A stretch of 64,000 nt of DNA from Woeseiaceae bacterium. GTDB lineage: Bacteria > Pseudomonadota > Gammaproteobacteria > Steroidobacterales > Woeseiaceae. Both the position numbers and the translations under genes were made by a program. Location: assembly GCA_041553075.1 (NCBI GenBank), contig JBFEJR010000013.1, positions 4,567 through 68,566 on the forward strand. Reading direction: 5' to 3'. This document shows positions 29,023 through 38,717 of this stretch, in pieces. The stretch's first letter is position 1. Every line of letters begins with the position of its first letter. Under the pieces are notes generated by a model that was given only the letters and a program-made list of their open reading frames with translations, was not told where the DNA came from and searched no databases.

Positions 29023-30750
29023 CTAGTCGACCAGCGTCACGCGCGAGTCGATTTCGATGCCTCGCTTGGTAAGGTGTACGTTCATCAGCATGCGCTCGTA
29101 GACGCTCGCCGACGATTTCACGATATCCCGCATGGTCTCACGAAACTCTTCCGGCAGCGGCTCGCCTTCGTCGGTCTCCTCGGCCTGCATCACCGACTCG
29201 CCGATGAAGTCGTAGTAGCGCTTGGCATCCATGCTGAGGCTCATGACCGGTTTCGAGGACGACGTATCGGCCTGCAACATCGCCTCTGCCTGCCGTTCGG
29301 CACCCTTGCCGAGCGCAACCGACAGGCCGCTGCTCGTCAGGGCCGCGAATGCCTCGCTCGCCAGTTCACCGAGCTCAGGCAGCTCCAGCTTCCTGGCTTT
29401 CCCATCCGGCAGCAGGTTCATCGCCGCAATCTGCGGGTTCATCAGGGCGGCCATGTTCACTACGTCCTGCGCGTTCTGCATCGCGAACAGGAGCGACGCA
29501 TCGAGCGACTCGGGCGGCTTCTTTCCTTCCATGTCGAAGCCCTTGATGTCGACGACACTGGCGAGAATGCCGCGGAAGTTGTAGACGACCGGCGGCAACG
29601 GCTGTGCCAGCGCCTCGCGTCCCTTGGCCGTGCTCGCCTGCAGCTCGGCCAGGTGCTCACATTCGAACGGGTCCGCTTCCATTGCATCGAGCCGGCCCTC
29701 GTAAAACGTGCGCAGCGCCATCGGGTCGAGACTGAAACCGAAGGAGAACAATCCGCCCGGATCGGTACCGAGGCCGGGGACGGCGCCGGGCAGGGTCGCA
29801 AGGCCCGCGGCGATATCGTCACGCACTTCGACGACCATCCGGGTGTCCAGGTGGTCCTTGTTAACGGCGCTGTAGCCCATGACCACGCGCGGCGTGATCG
29901 CCGCGAGCTCGGCCAGTTCGGCGCGGCAGGTCGCATCGAGGCGCGATGAGTCGAACTCCATCAGGGCCAGGAGCTCGGTGTTCAACCCCGTCGGATCGCC
30001 GAGGAACGATGCCGCGATACGCTGGACATCGAAAAAACTCACCCAGTGATCGGTCAGGCCGTATTCCCTGGCGACCTTGCGCAGCTCCTTGCTGCGTTGC
30101 AGGCTCTGGCGCGGCTTCTTGATCCCGAGCGTCTGCGCGAGCCGGGCATCGTCGAAGGACGCGGGGACCAGCGTGATGATGGCATCGTCGCCGGGTGTCG
30201 CCACGATCAACCGGGCCTTGCCCTCGAAGTCACGGTAGCGGTAGGTCATACCCGCAAGCCTGGCCGTGAGGAACTGCTCACCGGACGAGGCTTCGAGGCG
30301 CGCGACCGTGGCCGCGAACTTGTCGCCGTCACTCAGTGCCAGCCGGATTACGGGAAGCAGCCCGTCCCCGTAAAGCACGAACAGCGAATCGCGATCGAGG
30401 CCCGCGCTCTTGAGTCCCTCGGCACTCATGAGCGACATGACTTCGTGCATGAAGGCTTCGAAATGCTCTGCCTCTTCCTGGCTGCCTTCCCCTTCCGCCA
30501 TGCGGGTCGAGAAGTCCTCGACCATCATTTCCATCAGCGTGCGGTAGTGGCCCAGCGTCTCGTCGAGCGCCGGCTCGATCTTGTCGAGCAGCCCGTCCGG
30601 CAACGGCCTGGTAAACGCCAGGACGTACGGCGTGTCGGCGGGAATGTACTGCAGGAGTTCTTTCGGCTTGCGCGCAGCGTCGGCCGTCACGGGGACGGCG
30701 AGCACCAGGAGCGCGCCGATCGCGACGCCAGTTCGGGCAAGATAATTCAT
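29023..30750 (-). CDS. Exported protein of unknown function (~575 aa)
   Basis: A long ORF with strong GC3 bias. The signal peptide MNYLARTGVAIGALLVLAVPVTADA starts at the ATG at 30750. I recognise no catalytic motif. Confidence 0.75.
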   Translation of the reverse strand: MNYLARTGVAIGALLVLAVPVTADAARKPKELLQYIPADTPYVLAFTRPLPDGLLDKIEPALDETLGHYRTLMEMMVEDFSTRMAEGEGSQEEAEHFEAFMHEVMSLMSAEGLKSAGLDRDSLFVLYGDGLLPVIRLALSDGDKFAATVARLEASSGEQFLTARLAGMTYRYRDFEGKARLIVATPGDDAIITLVPASFDDARLAQTLGIKKPRQSLQRSKELRKVAREYGLTDHWVSFFDVQRIAASFLGDPTGLNTELLALMEFDSSRLDATCRAELAELAAITPRVVMGYSAVNKDHLDTRMVVEVRDDIAAGLATLPGAVPGLGTDPGGLFSFGFSLDPMALRTFYEGRLDAMEADPFECEHLAELQASTAKGREALAQPLPPVVYNFRGILASVVDIKGFDMEGKKPPESLDASLLFAMQNAQDVVNMAALMNPQIAAMNLLPDGKARKLELPELGELASEAFAALTSSGLSVALGKGAERQAEAMLQADTSSSKPVMSLSMDAKRYYDFIGESVMQAEETDEGEPLPEEFRETMRDIVKSSASVYERMLMNVHLTKRGIEIDSRVTLVD

Positions 30751-30914
30751 GACTCTTCGTTCCTTAGCGTTGACATACAACGAACCCCACGACGCTGGCG
30801 CCGTGGGCCGAAATCCATCTCGAAGACGAGTAAAGTCGCACTGGATGGCGGTCTGGTTGGATCGCGATTGCCGCGCGCCGCCTTGTGATCACAATATCAA
30901 TGTAAACTGGGGCA

Positions 30915-32144
30915 ATGCAAGTCTCGCGAGAATTCGACGTCATCGTCTTCGGGGCAACCGGTTTCACGGGTGCGCTGGTGGCGGAATACCTGCTGGATCG
31001 CTACGGCTGCGGTCCGGAGCTGCAGTGGGCTATCGCCGGGCGCAATGCCGCCAAACTCGATGCCCTCAAGGCGCGGCTGGGCAGTCGCGCCGACGCGCTG
31101 CAGGTAATCGTTGCCGACAGCGCGGACGCCGCTGCCCTCGCCTCGCTGGCGGCACGCACCCGCGTAGTCCTTACGACCGTCGGTCCTTATGCATTGTACG
31201 GCTCGGCGCTGGTCGCCGCGTGCGTCGAGGCCGGCACCGGTTATTGCGACCTGGCGGGCGAGGTTCAGTGGATCCGGCGAATGATCGACACGCACCACGA
31301 GCGAGCGCAGCAGACCGGCGCACGTATCGTGCATTGCTGCGGCTTCGATTCGATTCCGATGGATATCGGGGTGCACTTCCTGCAGCAGGAAGCGAGGCGC
31401 CGCCACGGCCACTACTGTTCCGAGATCGCGATGTTCGTCAAGGCGACGAAGGGAGCCGCGAGCGGCGGCACGCTTGCCAGCATGATCAACGTGGTCGAGG
31501 AGGCGCAACGGGAACGGGGCGTCGCCCGCGTCCTCACCGATCCGTACGCGCTCAACCCGGCCGGTGAGCGGGAGGGCCCGGACGGCCGTGACCAGCAGGG
31601 CGTGATCCGCGATCCCGACGCCGGGTGCTGGACCGCGCCGTTCGTCATGGCCGGCGTCAACACGCGCGTGGTGCGCCGCAGCCATGCCCTGGCCGGGTAT
31701 CCCTACGGTCGTGATTTCCGCTACCGCGAGGCCGTCATGACGGGCGCGGGTGCCGGCGGCTGGATCAGGGGCACGCTGCTGGCGCTGGGCCTCGGCGGTC
31801 TCCTGCTCGGCATCTCGTGGAGACCGACCCGGCGTCTGCTGCAGCGCTTCGTTTTGCCCAAGCCGGGCGAAGGCCCGGACCGCGCGGCCCGCGAAGCCGG
31901 GTTCTTCAACCTCGTGCAGGTCGGGACGCTCCCGGGTGGCACGGTCGTGCGAGGCCGGATCACGGGCGATCGCGATCCGGGCTACGGCTCGACCAGCAAG
32001 ATGCTCGCCGAGAGCGCGGTCTGCCTGGCGCGGGACGAGCTGGCCGCAGGCGGCGGCGTATTGACGCCGGCGGCGGCCATGGGCGACGCCCTGCTGCAAC
32101 GCTTGCGCGAGCGTGCCGGCCTGACGTTCGAGGTCCCCGACTAG
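30915..32144 (+). CDS. Saccharopine dehydrogenase-like NAD(P)-binding oxidoreductase
   Basis: N-terminal Rossmann motif FDVIVFGATGFTG..VAEYL, then ..WAIAGRN..KL.. and ..HCCGFDSIP.D.G... This is typical of the trans-acting enoyl reductase / saccharopine DH family. Confidence 0.85.
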   Translation: MQVSREFDVIVFGATGFTGALVAEYLLDRYGCGPELQWAIAGRNAAKLDALKARLGSRADALQVIVADSADAAALASLAARTRVVLTTVGPYALYGSALVAACVEAGTGYCDLAGEVQWIRRMIDTHHERAQQTGARIVHCCGFDSIPMDIGVHFLQQEARRRHGHYCSEIAMFVKATKGAASGGTLASMINVVEEAQRERGVARVLTDPYALNPAGEREGPDGRDQQGVIRDPDAGCWTAPFVMAGVNTRVVRRSHALAGYPYGRDFRYREAVMTGAGAGGWIRGTLLALGLGGLLLGISWRPTRRLLQRFVLPKPGEGPDRAAREAGFFNLVQVGTLPGGTVVRGRITGDRDPGYGSTSKMLAESAVCLARDELAAGGGVLTPAAAMGDALLQRLRERAGLTFEVPD

Positions 32145-33070
32145 CGGCTCGCCAGCCCCTTGTAGTGCAGGGCCTCATCGTATTTCTCGCCCGCCTCGAC
32201 GCGGACCGGAAGACGATTGCGCGGCGATGCGACCGGGCAGGTCGAGAAGTCGTTGAAGGCGCAGGGAGGACTCGTCGCCTTGTTGAAATCCAGAATGAAG
32301 CTGCCGTCGTCACCCGGCAGGTCGGCATACAGGTAGCGGCCCGCGCCGTACGTGTCGTCGCGATTGGTGTCGTCACCGAACACGAAGAACAGCTGGTCGC
32401 CGCTCAGCTGCGGTTCGAGCTCGTACGCAACGCCGTCGATTTCGAACGTGGCAAGGCCGGGCGCCACCGGGAACTGCTGAAAGCCCTCGATGACCGTGTC
32501 GACGGTGATCTGGCGCGGCGCCTCGTAACGACGCAGGGTCGCGTGGACGCGCCATCGCGGGTCGATGTCGAAGTACGGGATCGGACCGAACGAGCGAATC
32601 CACGGGTGCTCGAAATCGCGGATGCGCACGGCCAGTTTGCCGCCCCGCTCGATGATGCTCCAGGCCACCGAGCCGTGTTCGACCATGACCTGGTTTCCCG
32701 TCACGTCCGCCGGCAGCGCGAGTTCGCCGACCGCCTGGCCGTCCCACAGGACCTCGACGCCGTCCGCGACCCGCATGTGCACCTCGCCGTCGCTGACCAC
32801 GAGATCCCCCACGTATTCCGCCGCGCTGGCCGGCAGGACGATATCGGCGTCAGGCGCCGACCCCATCCGGTAACGACCGTCCTCGATCCAGTACAGCCCG
32901 ACCTGTGTCAGGTAACCGGTCGGCGCGCGCAGTCTCGCGAGGCGCTCGGCCCGCCATTCGAGTAAGCCGGACCGGTATGCGGCCTCGTCGAACTCCGCAT
33001 CCGCCGGCCCGCAGCCCGACGCCAGCAACAGCAGCGCCAGGGCGCCTGAGCATTGCATTAATTTCTTCAT
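32141..33070 (-). CDS. DUF1684-family lipoprotein
   Basis: Lipobox LLLASGC and the C-terminal motif LDFNKA.SPPCAFNDFSTCPV....N.LPV.VEAGEK, characteristic of DUF1684 (from memory). Confidence 0.8.
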   Translation of the reverse strand: MKKLMQCSGALALLLLASGCGPADAEFDEAAYRSGLLEWRAERLARLRAPTGYLTQVGLYWIEDGRYRMGSAPDADIVLPASAAEYVGDLVVSDGEVHMRVADGVEVLWDGQAVGELALPADVTGNQVMVEHGSVAWSIIERGGKLAVRIRDFEHPWIRSFGPIPYFDIDPRWRVHATLRRYEAPRQITVDTVIEGFQQFPVAPGLATFEIDGVAYELEPQLSGDQLFFVFGDDTNRDDTYGAGRYLYADLPGDDGSFILDFNKATSPPCAFNDFSTCPVASPRNRLPVRVEAGEKYDEALHYKGLASR

Positions 33071-33137
33071 GGGTACCCCGTATCAATTCGCCAGCCGGGT
33101 CACTATAATCCGCCGCCAGCTCTCCCGGCAGCCCCTG

Positions 33138-34961
33138 ATGTCCAAAATCTCCCATCTCCGCAACATCGCGATCATCGCGCACGTCGACCATGGCAAGACG
33201 ACCCTGGTCGACCAGATGCTGCAGCAGTCCGGAACCCTGGGTCCGCGGGCCGCCGTGCCCGATCGGGTCATGGATTCGAGCGACCTCGAACGCGAGCGCG
33301 GCATCACTATCCTTGCCAAGAATACGGCCGTCAACTGGGAGAGTTATCGCATCAACATCGTCGACACGCCCGGTCACGCCGATTTCGGCGGCGAGGTCGA
33401 ACGCGTCCTGTCGATGGTGGACAGCGTGCTGTTGCTGGTGGACGCCGTGGAGGGGCCGATGCCGCAAACGCGTTTCGTCACCCAGAAGGCGTTCGCCCAG
33501 GGACTGGTTCCTGTCGTGGTGGTCAACAAGATCGACCGGGACGGCGCGCGGCCCGACTGGGTCGTCAACCAGACCTTCGACCTGTTCGATCGTCTCGGCG
33601 CGACCGAGGAGCAGCTCGACTTCCCCATCATTTATGCCTCGGCGCTCGAAGGCTACGCCGGTGAAAACCCCGACGTCCGCAGCGGCGACATGACGCCGCT
33701 GTTCCAGACGATCATCGACCACGTGCCGCCGCCCGACGTGGACCCCGACGGTCCGCTGCAGCTGCAGGTGTCGAGCCTGGACTACGATACCTACGTCGGC
33801 GTCCTCGGAATCGGGCGCATCCGCCGCGGCACCCTGGTCGCCAACGCACCGGTCAGCATCGTCGCTCCCGATGGCAGCGCCCGCCGCGCGCGGGTTCTCG
33901 AACTCTATGGCTTTCATGGCCTGCAGCGCCGCAAGGTCGCGTCGGCCGGCGCCGGTGACATCGTCGTGTTCAGCGGCATCGAGCAGCTCGGCATCTCCGA
34001 CACGCTATGCGCGCCCGGTCACGAAGAGCCCCTGCCCGCCCTGACCGTCGACGAGCCGACCGTCAGCATGACCTTCCAGGTCAACAAGTCGCCGTTCGCT
34101 GGCCAGGACGGAAAATACCTGACGAGTCGCCAGATCCGCGAGCGGCTGGACCAGGAACTCAAGCACAACGTCGCCTTGCGGGTCGAGAACACGGACGACC
34201 CGGACAAGTTCCGGGTATCGGGTCGCGGCGAGCTGCATCTTTCCGTGCTGGTCGAGACCATGCGTCGCGAAGGCTTCGAGCTGGCAGTGTCGCGTCCCGA
34301 GGTCATCATGCATGACGTGGACGGCGCCGAGCACGAGCCCTGGGAACAGTTGACCGTCGACTTCGACGAGGAATACCAGGGTGCAGTCATGACGCGGCTG
34401 GCCGAGCGCAAGGGCGAACTCGTCGACATGCTGCCCGACGGCAGGGGCCGGATCCGTCTCGACTACCGCATCCCCACCCGCGGGCTGATCGGCTTTCGCA
34501 CCGAGTACCTGACGGCCACCTCGGGGACCGGCCTCATCTACCACGTGCTCGACAAGTATGCGCCGCGCGTCGCCGGCACCATTGCGCAGCGCAACAACGG
34601 CGCCCTGGTCTCCAACGTGCAGGGCAAGGCACTTGCCTATGCGCTGTTCAACCTGCAGGACCGGGGCCGCCTGTTCATCGGTCATGGAGCGCCGGTCTAC
34701 GAGGGCATGATCGTCGGCATCCACAAGCGTGCCAACGATCTCATCGTCAATCCGACCAAGGCCAAGCAGCTGACGAACATCCGGGCGGCCGGTACCGACG
34801 AGAATCTGGTGCTGACACCGCCGATTCGTTATTCGCTCGAGCAATCGCTCGAGTTTCTCGACGACGACGAGCTGCTCGAAGTGACGCCGCATTCGCTGCG
34901 CCTGCGCAAGAAACTGCTCAAGGAAATCGAGCGCAAGCGCGAATCGAGGCAGGCGTCTTGA
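33138..34961 (+). CDS. typA: Translational GTPase TypA/BipA
   Basis: [28 protein letters not shown].., [19 protein letters not shown]. The product is 607 aa from the ATG at 33138. Confidence 0.96.
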   Translation: MSKISHLRNIAIIAHVDHGKTTLVDQMLQQSGTLGPRAAVPDRVMDSSDLERERGITILAKNTAVNWESYRINIVDTPGHADFGGEVERVLSMVDSVLLLVDAVEGPMPQTRFVTQKAFAQGLVPVVVVNKIDRDGARPDWVVNQTFDLFDRLGATEEQLDFPIIYASALEGYAGENPDVRSGDMTPLFQTIIDHVPPPDVDPDGPLQLQVSSLDYDTYVGVLGIGRIRRGTLVANAPVSIVAPDGSARRARVLELYGFHGLQRRKVASAGAGDIVVFSGIEQLGISDTLCAPGHEEPLPALTVDEPTVSMTFQVNKSPFAGQDGKYLTSRQIRERLDQELKHNVALRVENTDDPDKFRVSGRGELHLSVLVETMRREGFELAVSRPEVIMHDVDGAEHEPWEQLTVDFDEEYQGAVMTRLAERKGELVDMLPDGRGRIRLDYRIPTRGLIGFRTEYLTATSGTGLIYHVLDKYAPRVAGTIAQRNNGALVSNVQGKALAYALFNLQDRGRLFIGHGAPVYEGMIVGIHKRANDLIVNPTKAKQLTNIRAAGTDENLVLTPPIRYSLEQSLEFLDDDELLEVTPHSLRLRKKLLKEIERKRESRQAS

Positions 34962-35953
34962 GCGAAGCCGCGGCGCTGGCATTCGCCGACCTGCAGCCTG
35001 AAGACATACTCGCGACGCTGGACGAGCTCGGGTTTCGATGTGACGGGCGTTTCCTGGCGCTTAACAGTTACGAAAACCGCGTTTACCAGATCGGCATCGA
35101 AGACGGGCCGCCCGTGGTCACCAAGTTCTACCGCCCCAAACGGTGGAGCGACGCCGCGATTCTCGAGGAACACGCCTTTGCGAGCGACCTCGCCGACCGC
35201 GAGATTCCGGTGGTGCCGCCACTCGCACACCAGGGCACGACGCTGCACCATGCCGGCCACCACCGCGTCGCGGTTTATCCGTGCTATGGCGGCCGGGCGC
35301 CCGAACTGGACGACATGGAACTGCAAAAGCAGCTCGGCCGCCTGGTGGCCCTTATCCACCTCGAGGGCGAAGTCACCCGTTTCGAGCACCGCCCGGGCAT
35401 CGACATCGACAGTTACGGGACCGAATCGATCGATTACCTGCTTGACCACGATTTCATTCCGCCGGAGAACTGCGAAGCGTATGAGGGGATCGCGGAACTC
35501 GTCCTCGATGGCGTCGAAGCCTGCTACGCACGCTGCGGCGATAGCCGGGAGATTCGCCTGCACGGTGATTTCCATCCGGGCAACGTCCTGGTACGCGGTG
35601 AACAGCTGCATATCGTCGATCTCGACGACTGCCGCCACGGTCCCGCGGTACAGGATTTGTGGATGTTCCTGTCGGGCGACCGCGAGGAACAGACGCCGCA
35701 GCTCGCCGCGCTGCTCGAAGGTTACACGGCCTTTCGGTCCTTCGACCCACGCGAGCTGCATCTCATCGAGGCGCTGCGCAGCCTGCGCATCATGCATTAC
35801 GCCGCGTGGCTGGCCCGCCGCTGGGAGGACCCCGCCTTCAAGGCCGCCTTCCCCTGGTTCGACAGCCGCCGCTACTGGGACGAGCACGTCCTCGCGCTGC
35901 GCGAGCAGGTGGCGCTGATGCAGGAACCGCCGCTCGAGTGGCGGGACGCCTGA
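34958..35953 (+). CDS. srkA: Stress-response Ser/Thr kinase SrkA (YihE/RdoA family)
   Basis: Motifs ..L.P..I...L...G.......LALNSYENRVYQ......PPVV.KFYRP.RWSD..ILEEH.F...L...EIPVV.P.. and HGD.H.GN.L. The TTG start overlaps the typA TGA. Confidence 0.87.
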   Translation: MSEAAALAFADLQPEDILATLDELGFRCDGRFLALNSYENRVYQIGIEDGPPVVTKFYRPKRWSDAAILEEHAFASDLADREIPVVPPLAHQGTTLHHAGHHRVAVYPCYGGRAPELDDMELQKQLGRLVALIHLEGEVTRFEHRPGIDIDSYGTESIDYLLDHDFIPPENCEAYEGIAELVLDGVEACYARCGDSREIRLHGDFHPGNVLVRGEQLHIVDLDDCRHGPAVQDLWMFLSGDREEQTPQLAALLEGYTAFRSFDPRELHLIEALRSLRIMHYAAWLARRWEDPAFKAAFPWFDSRRYWDEHVLALREQVALMQEPPLEWRDA

Positions 35954-35957
35954 CCCG

Positions 35958-36710
35958 CTAGCGCGACGGTAGCCGCTGCCGGCGCGGCCCGATCTCGAAA
36001 CGCTCGATCCAGCGCGAGAAGGTCGCGCGGCTAAGCGCCTCGAGCGGCCCGACCGACGTCGCGGCCTGCCGACGAATCTGCGCGGGATCGATGCTGCCCG
36101 ATTCCTGCCGCAGCGACGCCTGGTGAGCCGGCACGCGCAGCCAGCGCTCGATCAGCGGCAGGTTGGCCTCGAGATGAAACTGAAAACCGTAGGCGTGTTC
36201 GCCCTGGCGAAACGCCTGCACCGCGCTGGCGGGTGAACTGGCCAGCACGTCCGGTCCGGGCGGCAACGTAATGCCGTCCTCGTGCCACTGGAACACTTCC
36301 TGCCGCGGCGCGAACGTGGACAACACCGGGTCGGCCAGGCCGGCAGGCGTCATCTCGACCTCGTACCAGCCGATCTCGCGCTCCTCGTTGCGGCTCACCG
36401 CGCCGCCGAGCGCTTTGGCAAGCAGCTGGGCACCGAGGCATATGCCGAGCACCGACATGTCACGGGCGACCGCTTCGCGAATGATCTCGACTTCCGTGAT
36501 CAGGTTGGGATACGTGTCGATCTGGTCCGAATTCATCGGCCCGCCCAGCACGATCAGTGCTTCGTAGCGACCGAGATCGGGGCGCTGCTCCGGTTCGCGG
36601 CCGAAGTTGACGTAGCGCAACCGGAAACCCGCTTCCTTGAGCAACGGGTCCAGCGTCCCCAGGGGTTCGTACGGCACGTGCTGAAACACGAGCACCTTCG
36701 GTTTTGCCAT
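35958..36710 (-). CDS. Class I glutamine amidotransferase-like protein
   Basis: Motifs ..VLVFQH...E.LG.....L...G.., nucleophile elbow GICLGAQLLAKALGG, and ..FQFHLE... Confidence 0.85.
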   Translation of the reverse strand: MAKPKVLVFQHVPYEPLGTLDPLLKEAGFRLRYVNFGREPEQRPDLGRYEALIVLGGPMNSDQIDTYPNLITEVEIIREAVARDMSVLGICLGAQLLAKALGGAVSRNEEREIGWYEVEMTPAGLADPVLSTFAPRQEVFQWHEDGITLPPGPDVLASSPASAVQAFRQGEHAYGFQFHLEANLPLIERWLRVPAHQASLRQESGSIDPAQIRRQAATSVGPLEALSRATFSRWIERFEIGPRRQRLPSR

Positions 36711-36855
36711 GCGTTAGGTCCGACAATCTGTATTTGCGCCAGGCGGTGAGTATCTCTAAAGTAAACCCGGCTTGAAACAGTGTATTTGCGGGAACTCTGT
36801 GCGCCTGAGAGGCTCTGACTAAGGAGCGTTGTAATACCCGCGGGATTCCAGGGAC

Positions 36856-37581
36856 TTGACCAACAGATTACGCCTCGCCTTGCTGCCCGGCATAGCCGCC
36901 TCGATTCTGGCGGGATGCTCGTCGACCGTTGCGATCGACATGCCGACCATACCGGAGCCCCGCGTCGAGAAGATCCCGGTCGACGTGGCCGTGCGTATCC
37001 CGGCCGAGTTCTACAATTTCGTGCACACCGAGGACGTGCTCGGCAAGTCCAAGCAGACGATCGAACTCGGTGCGTCGAACGCCAACTTCTTCCGCCAGCT
37101 CTTCGGCCACATGTTCGAATCGACGATCATCCTCGGCCCGGATGACGATGCCCGCGACTACCAGTTCGACGCCCTGATCGAACCGTCGATCGAGGGCTTC
37201 GAATTCTCGACCCCCGGACAGACGCAATCGAACGCCTATTCGGTCTGGATTCGCTATCGCATGAACGTTTTCGACCGCGTGGGAAACCGCGCCTCGAGCT
37301 GGACGGTGAGCGCTTACGGCAAGAGCCAGAAAATGGGCCTTACGGGCACCGATTCGTTACGCCGGGCAGCCGTTCTCGCAATGCGCGACGCCGCCGCGCT
37401 GATCATCATCCAGTTCGAAAAGGTTTCCAAGATCCGGGATCTCGCCGACGGTCCGCTGGACCCCGCGTCGGTCGAGCCCGAAACCCGGTTGGCCGGCACG
37501 ATGGCCGAACCCGAGGACGAGGAACCTGCCAGTGTCATCGGGGTTTTTGCGATTGGAGGTATTGACGATGTTGCGGAGTAG
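36856..37581 (+). CDS. Lipoprotein of unknown function (241 aa)
   Basis: TTG start, signal plus lipobox ..IAASILAGCSS, and good GC3 bias. No family recognised. Confidence 0.7.
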   Translation: MTNRLRLALLPGIAASILAGCSSTVAIDMPTIPEPRVEKIPVDVAVRIPAEFYNFVHTEDVLGKSKQTIELGASNANFFRQLFGHMFESTIILGPDDDARDYQFDALIEPSIEGFEFSTPGQTQSNAYSVWIRYRMNVFDRVGNRASSWTVSAYGKSQKMGLTGTDSLRRAAVLAMRDAAALIIIQFEKVSKIRDLADGPLDPASVEPETRLAGTMAEPEDEEPASVIGVFAIGGIDDVAE

Positions 37582-38218
37582 TCTGCTGGTCACCTGTACG
37601 ACGCTTGGCCTCGGCGGCTGCGTTACGTCGCACGTCGAGGACGCACGCGAGACCGTCACGGGGCTCAACGCCGGCGAGTCCGTGGTTATCATGGCAAAGA
37701 GCTACCACGGCGGTAACGAGACCGAGTCGGACTACATCACCTGCGTCGAGAAAGCACTGCGCGGCGGCTCGGACGGCATCGACGTTATCCCTCGCCAGCG
37801 ATTCGTCGACAGGCTGTTCCCGTGGTTCGAACCGCGCACGGTACCGGCGGATACCAAGGGACTGCCGGCCCTGATGAAGCGGCCCGGCGTCCGGCAAGCG
37901 GTCGAAGAACTGGGCGTGCGCTACATTGTCTGGCTCGACGGGGATACCGAGCGCGTCGCCGAGGGCGGCAGCCTGTCCTGCGCGGCCGGCCCGGGCGGCG
38001 GCGGTTGTTTCGGGTTTGCCTGGTGGCAGAACGATGCCGACTACGAGGCGACGGTCTGGGACCTCGACGACTTCGAATCGGCAGGCAGCGTCACGGCGGA
38101 CGTCAGCGGGACGTCTTTCCTGCCGGCGCTCGTGGTGCCGATCCCGCTCATCGCGCGGACGCAGACCAAGGCCTGCAAAGGCCTGGCCAGCCAACTGCAC
38201 TCCTTCATCGTTCAGTAA
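37568..38218 (+). CDS. Lipoprotein of unknown function (~216 aa)
   Basis: The ATG at 37568 gives MLRSSLLVTCTTLGLGGC (lipobox). It overlaps the upstream gene by 14 nt, which suggests translational coupling. Confidence 0.7.
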   Translation: MLRSSLLVTCTTLGLGGCVTSHVEDARETVTGLNAGESVVIMAKSYHGGNETESDYITCVEKALRGGSDGIDVIPRQRFVDRLFPWFEPRTVPADTKGLPALMKRPGVRQAVEELGVRYIVWLDGDTERVAEGGSLSCAAGPGGGGCFGFAWWQNDADYEATVWDLDDFESAGSVTADVSGTSFLPALVVPIPLIARTQTKACKGLASQLHSFIVQ

Positions 38219-38682
38219 AGACGTCCGGCCCGTAACAGCGCGGAGCGGTAGAACGGCTGGTCCAGCGAGGCGACGGAGACGTTGCGCCCCGACTGCGGGG
38301 CATGCACGAAGCGCCGATTGCCGATGTACATCCCGACATGCGACATCTTGCCTTCGATCCTGAAAAACAGCAGATCGCCCGGACGCAGGTGGCCGGCACC
38401 GACCGGTTCCGCGGCGGACCATAGCTGGCCGGTCGTGCGCGGTACGCTCAGGCCCGCCTGCTGGTAGGCGTACTGGATCAGCCCGCTGCAGTCGAAGCCA
38501 CGGGGTGACCGCCCGCCATAATGATACGGCACGCCGACCTGCTCGAGTGCGACGGCCACGGCAAGGTCGCCGGCCGTGGCCGCGGCGCCTGCCGGCGGCC
38601 GCACGGGCTCCGAGCCGCAGGCGGCCAGCGCCAGCGCGATCGCGACGAGGGCCATATTCCTGAGTGCCGGCTGCGCTATCAT
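38212..38682 (-). CDS. NlpC/P60 (C40) cell-wall peptidase lipoprotein
   Basis: Lipobox IALALAACGS. Catalytic region ..GVPY.YGG.SP.GFDCSGL.QY.Y..AG...PR.., then ..GDLLFF.......HVG.YIG...F.HAP. The ATG at 38682 is preferred. Confidence 0.9.
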   Translation of the reverse strand: MIAQPALRNMALVAIALALAACGSEPVRPPAGAAATAGDLAVAVALEQVGVPYHYGGRSPRGFDCSGLIQYAYQQAGLSVPRTTGQLWSAAEPVGAGHLRPGDLLFFRIEGKMSHVGMYIGNRRFVHAPQSGRNVSVASLDQPFYRSALLRAGRLY

Positions 38683-38717
38683 GCCGGTCACTATACTAAC
38701 GTGGACCTGAATTCGAT

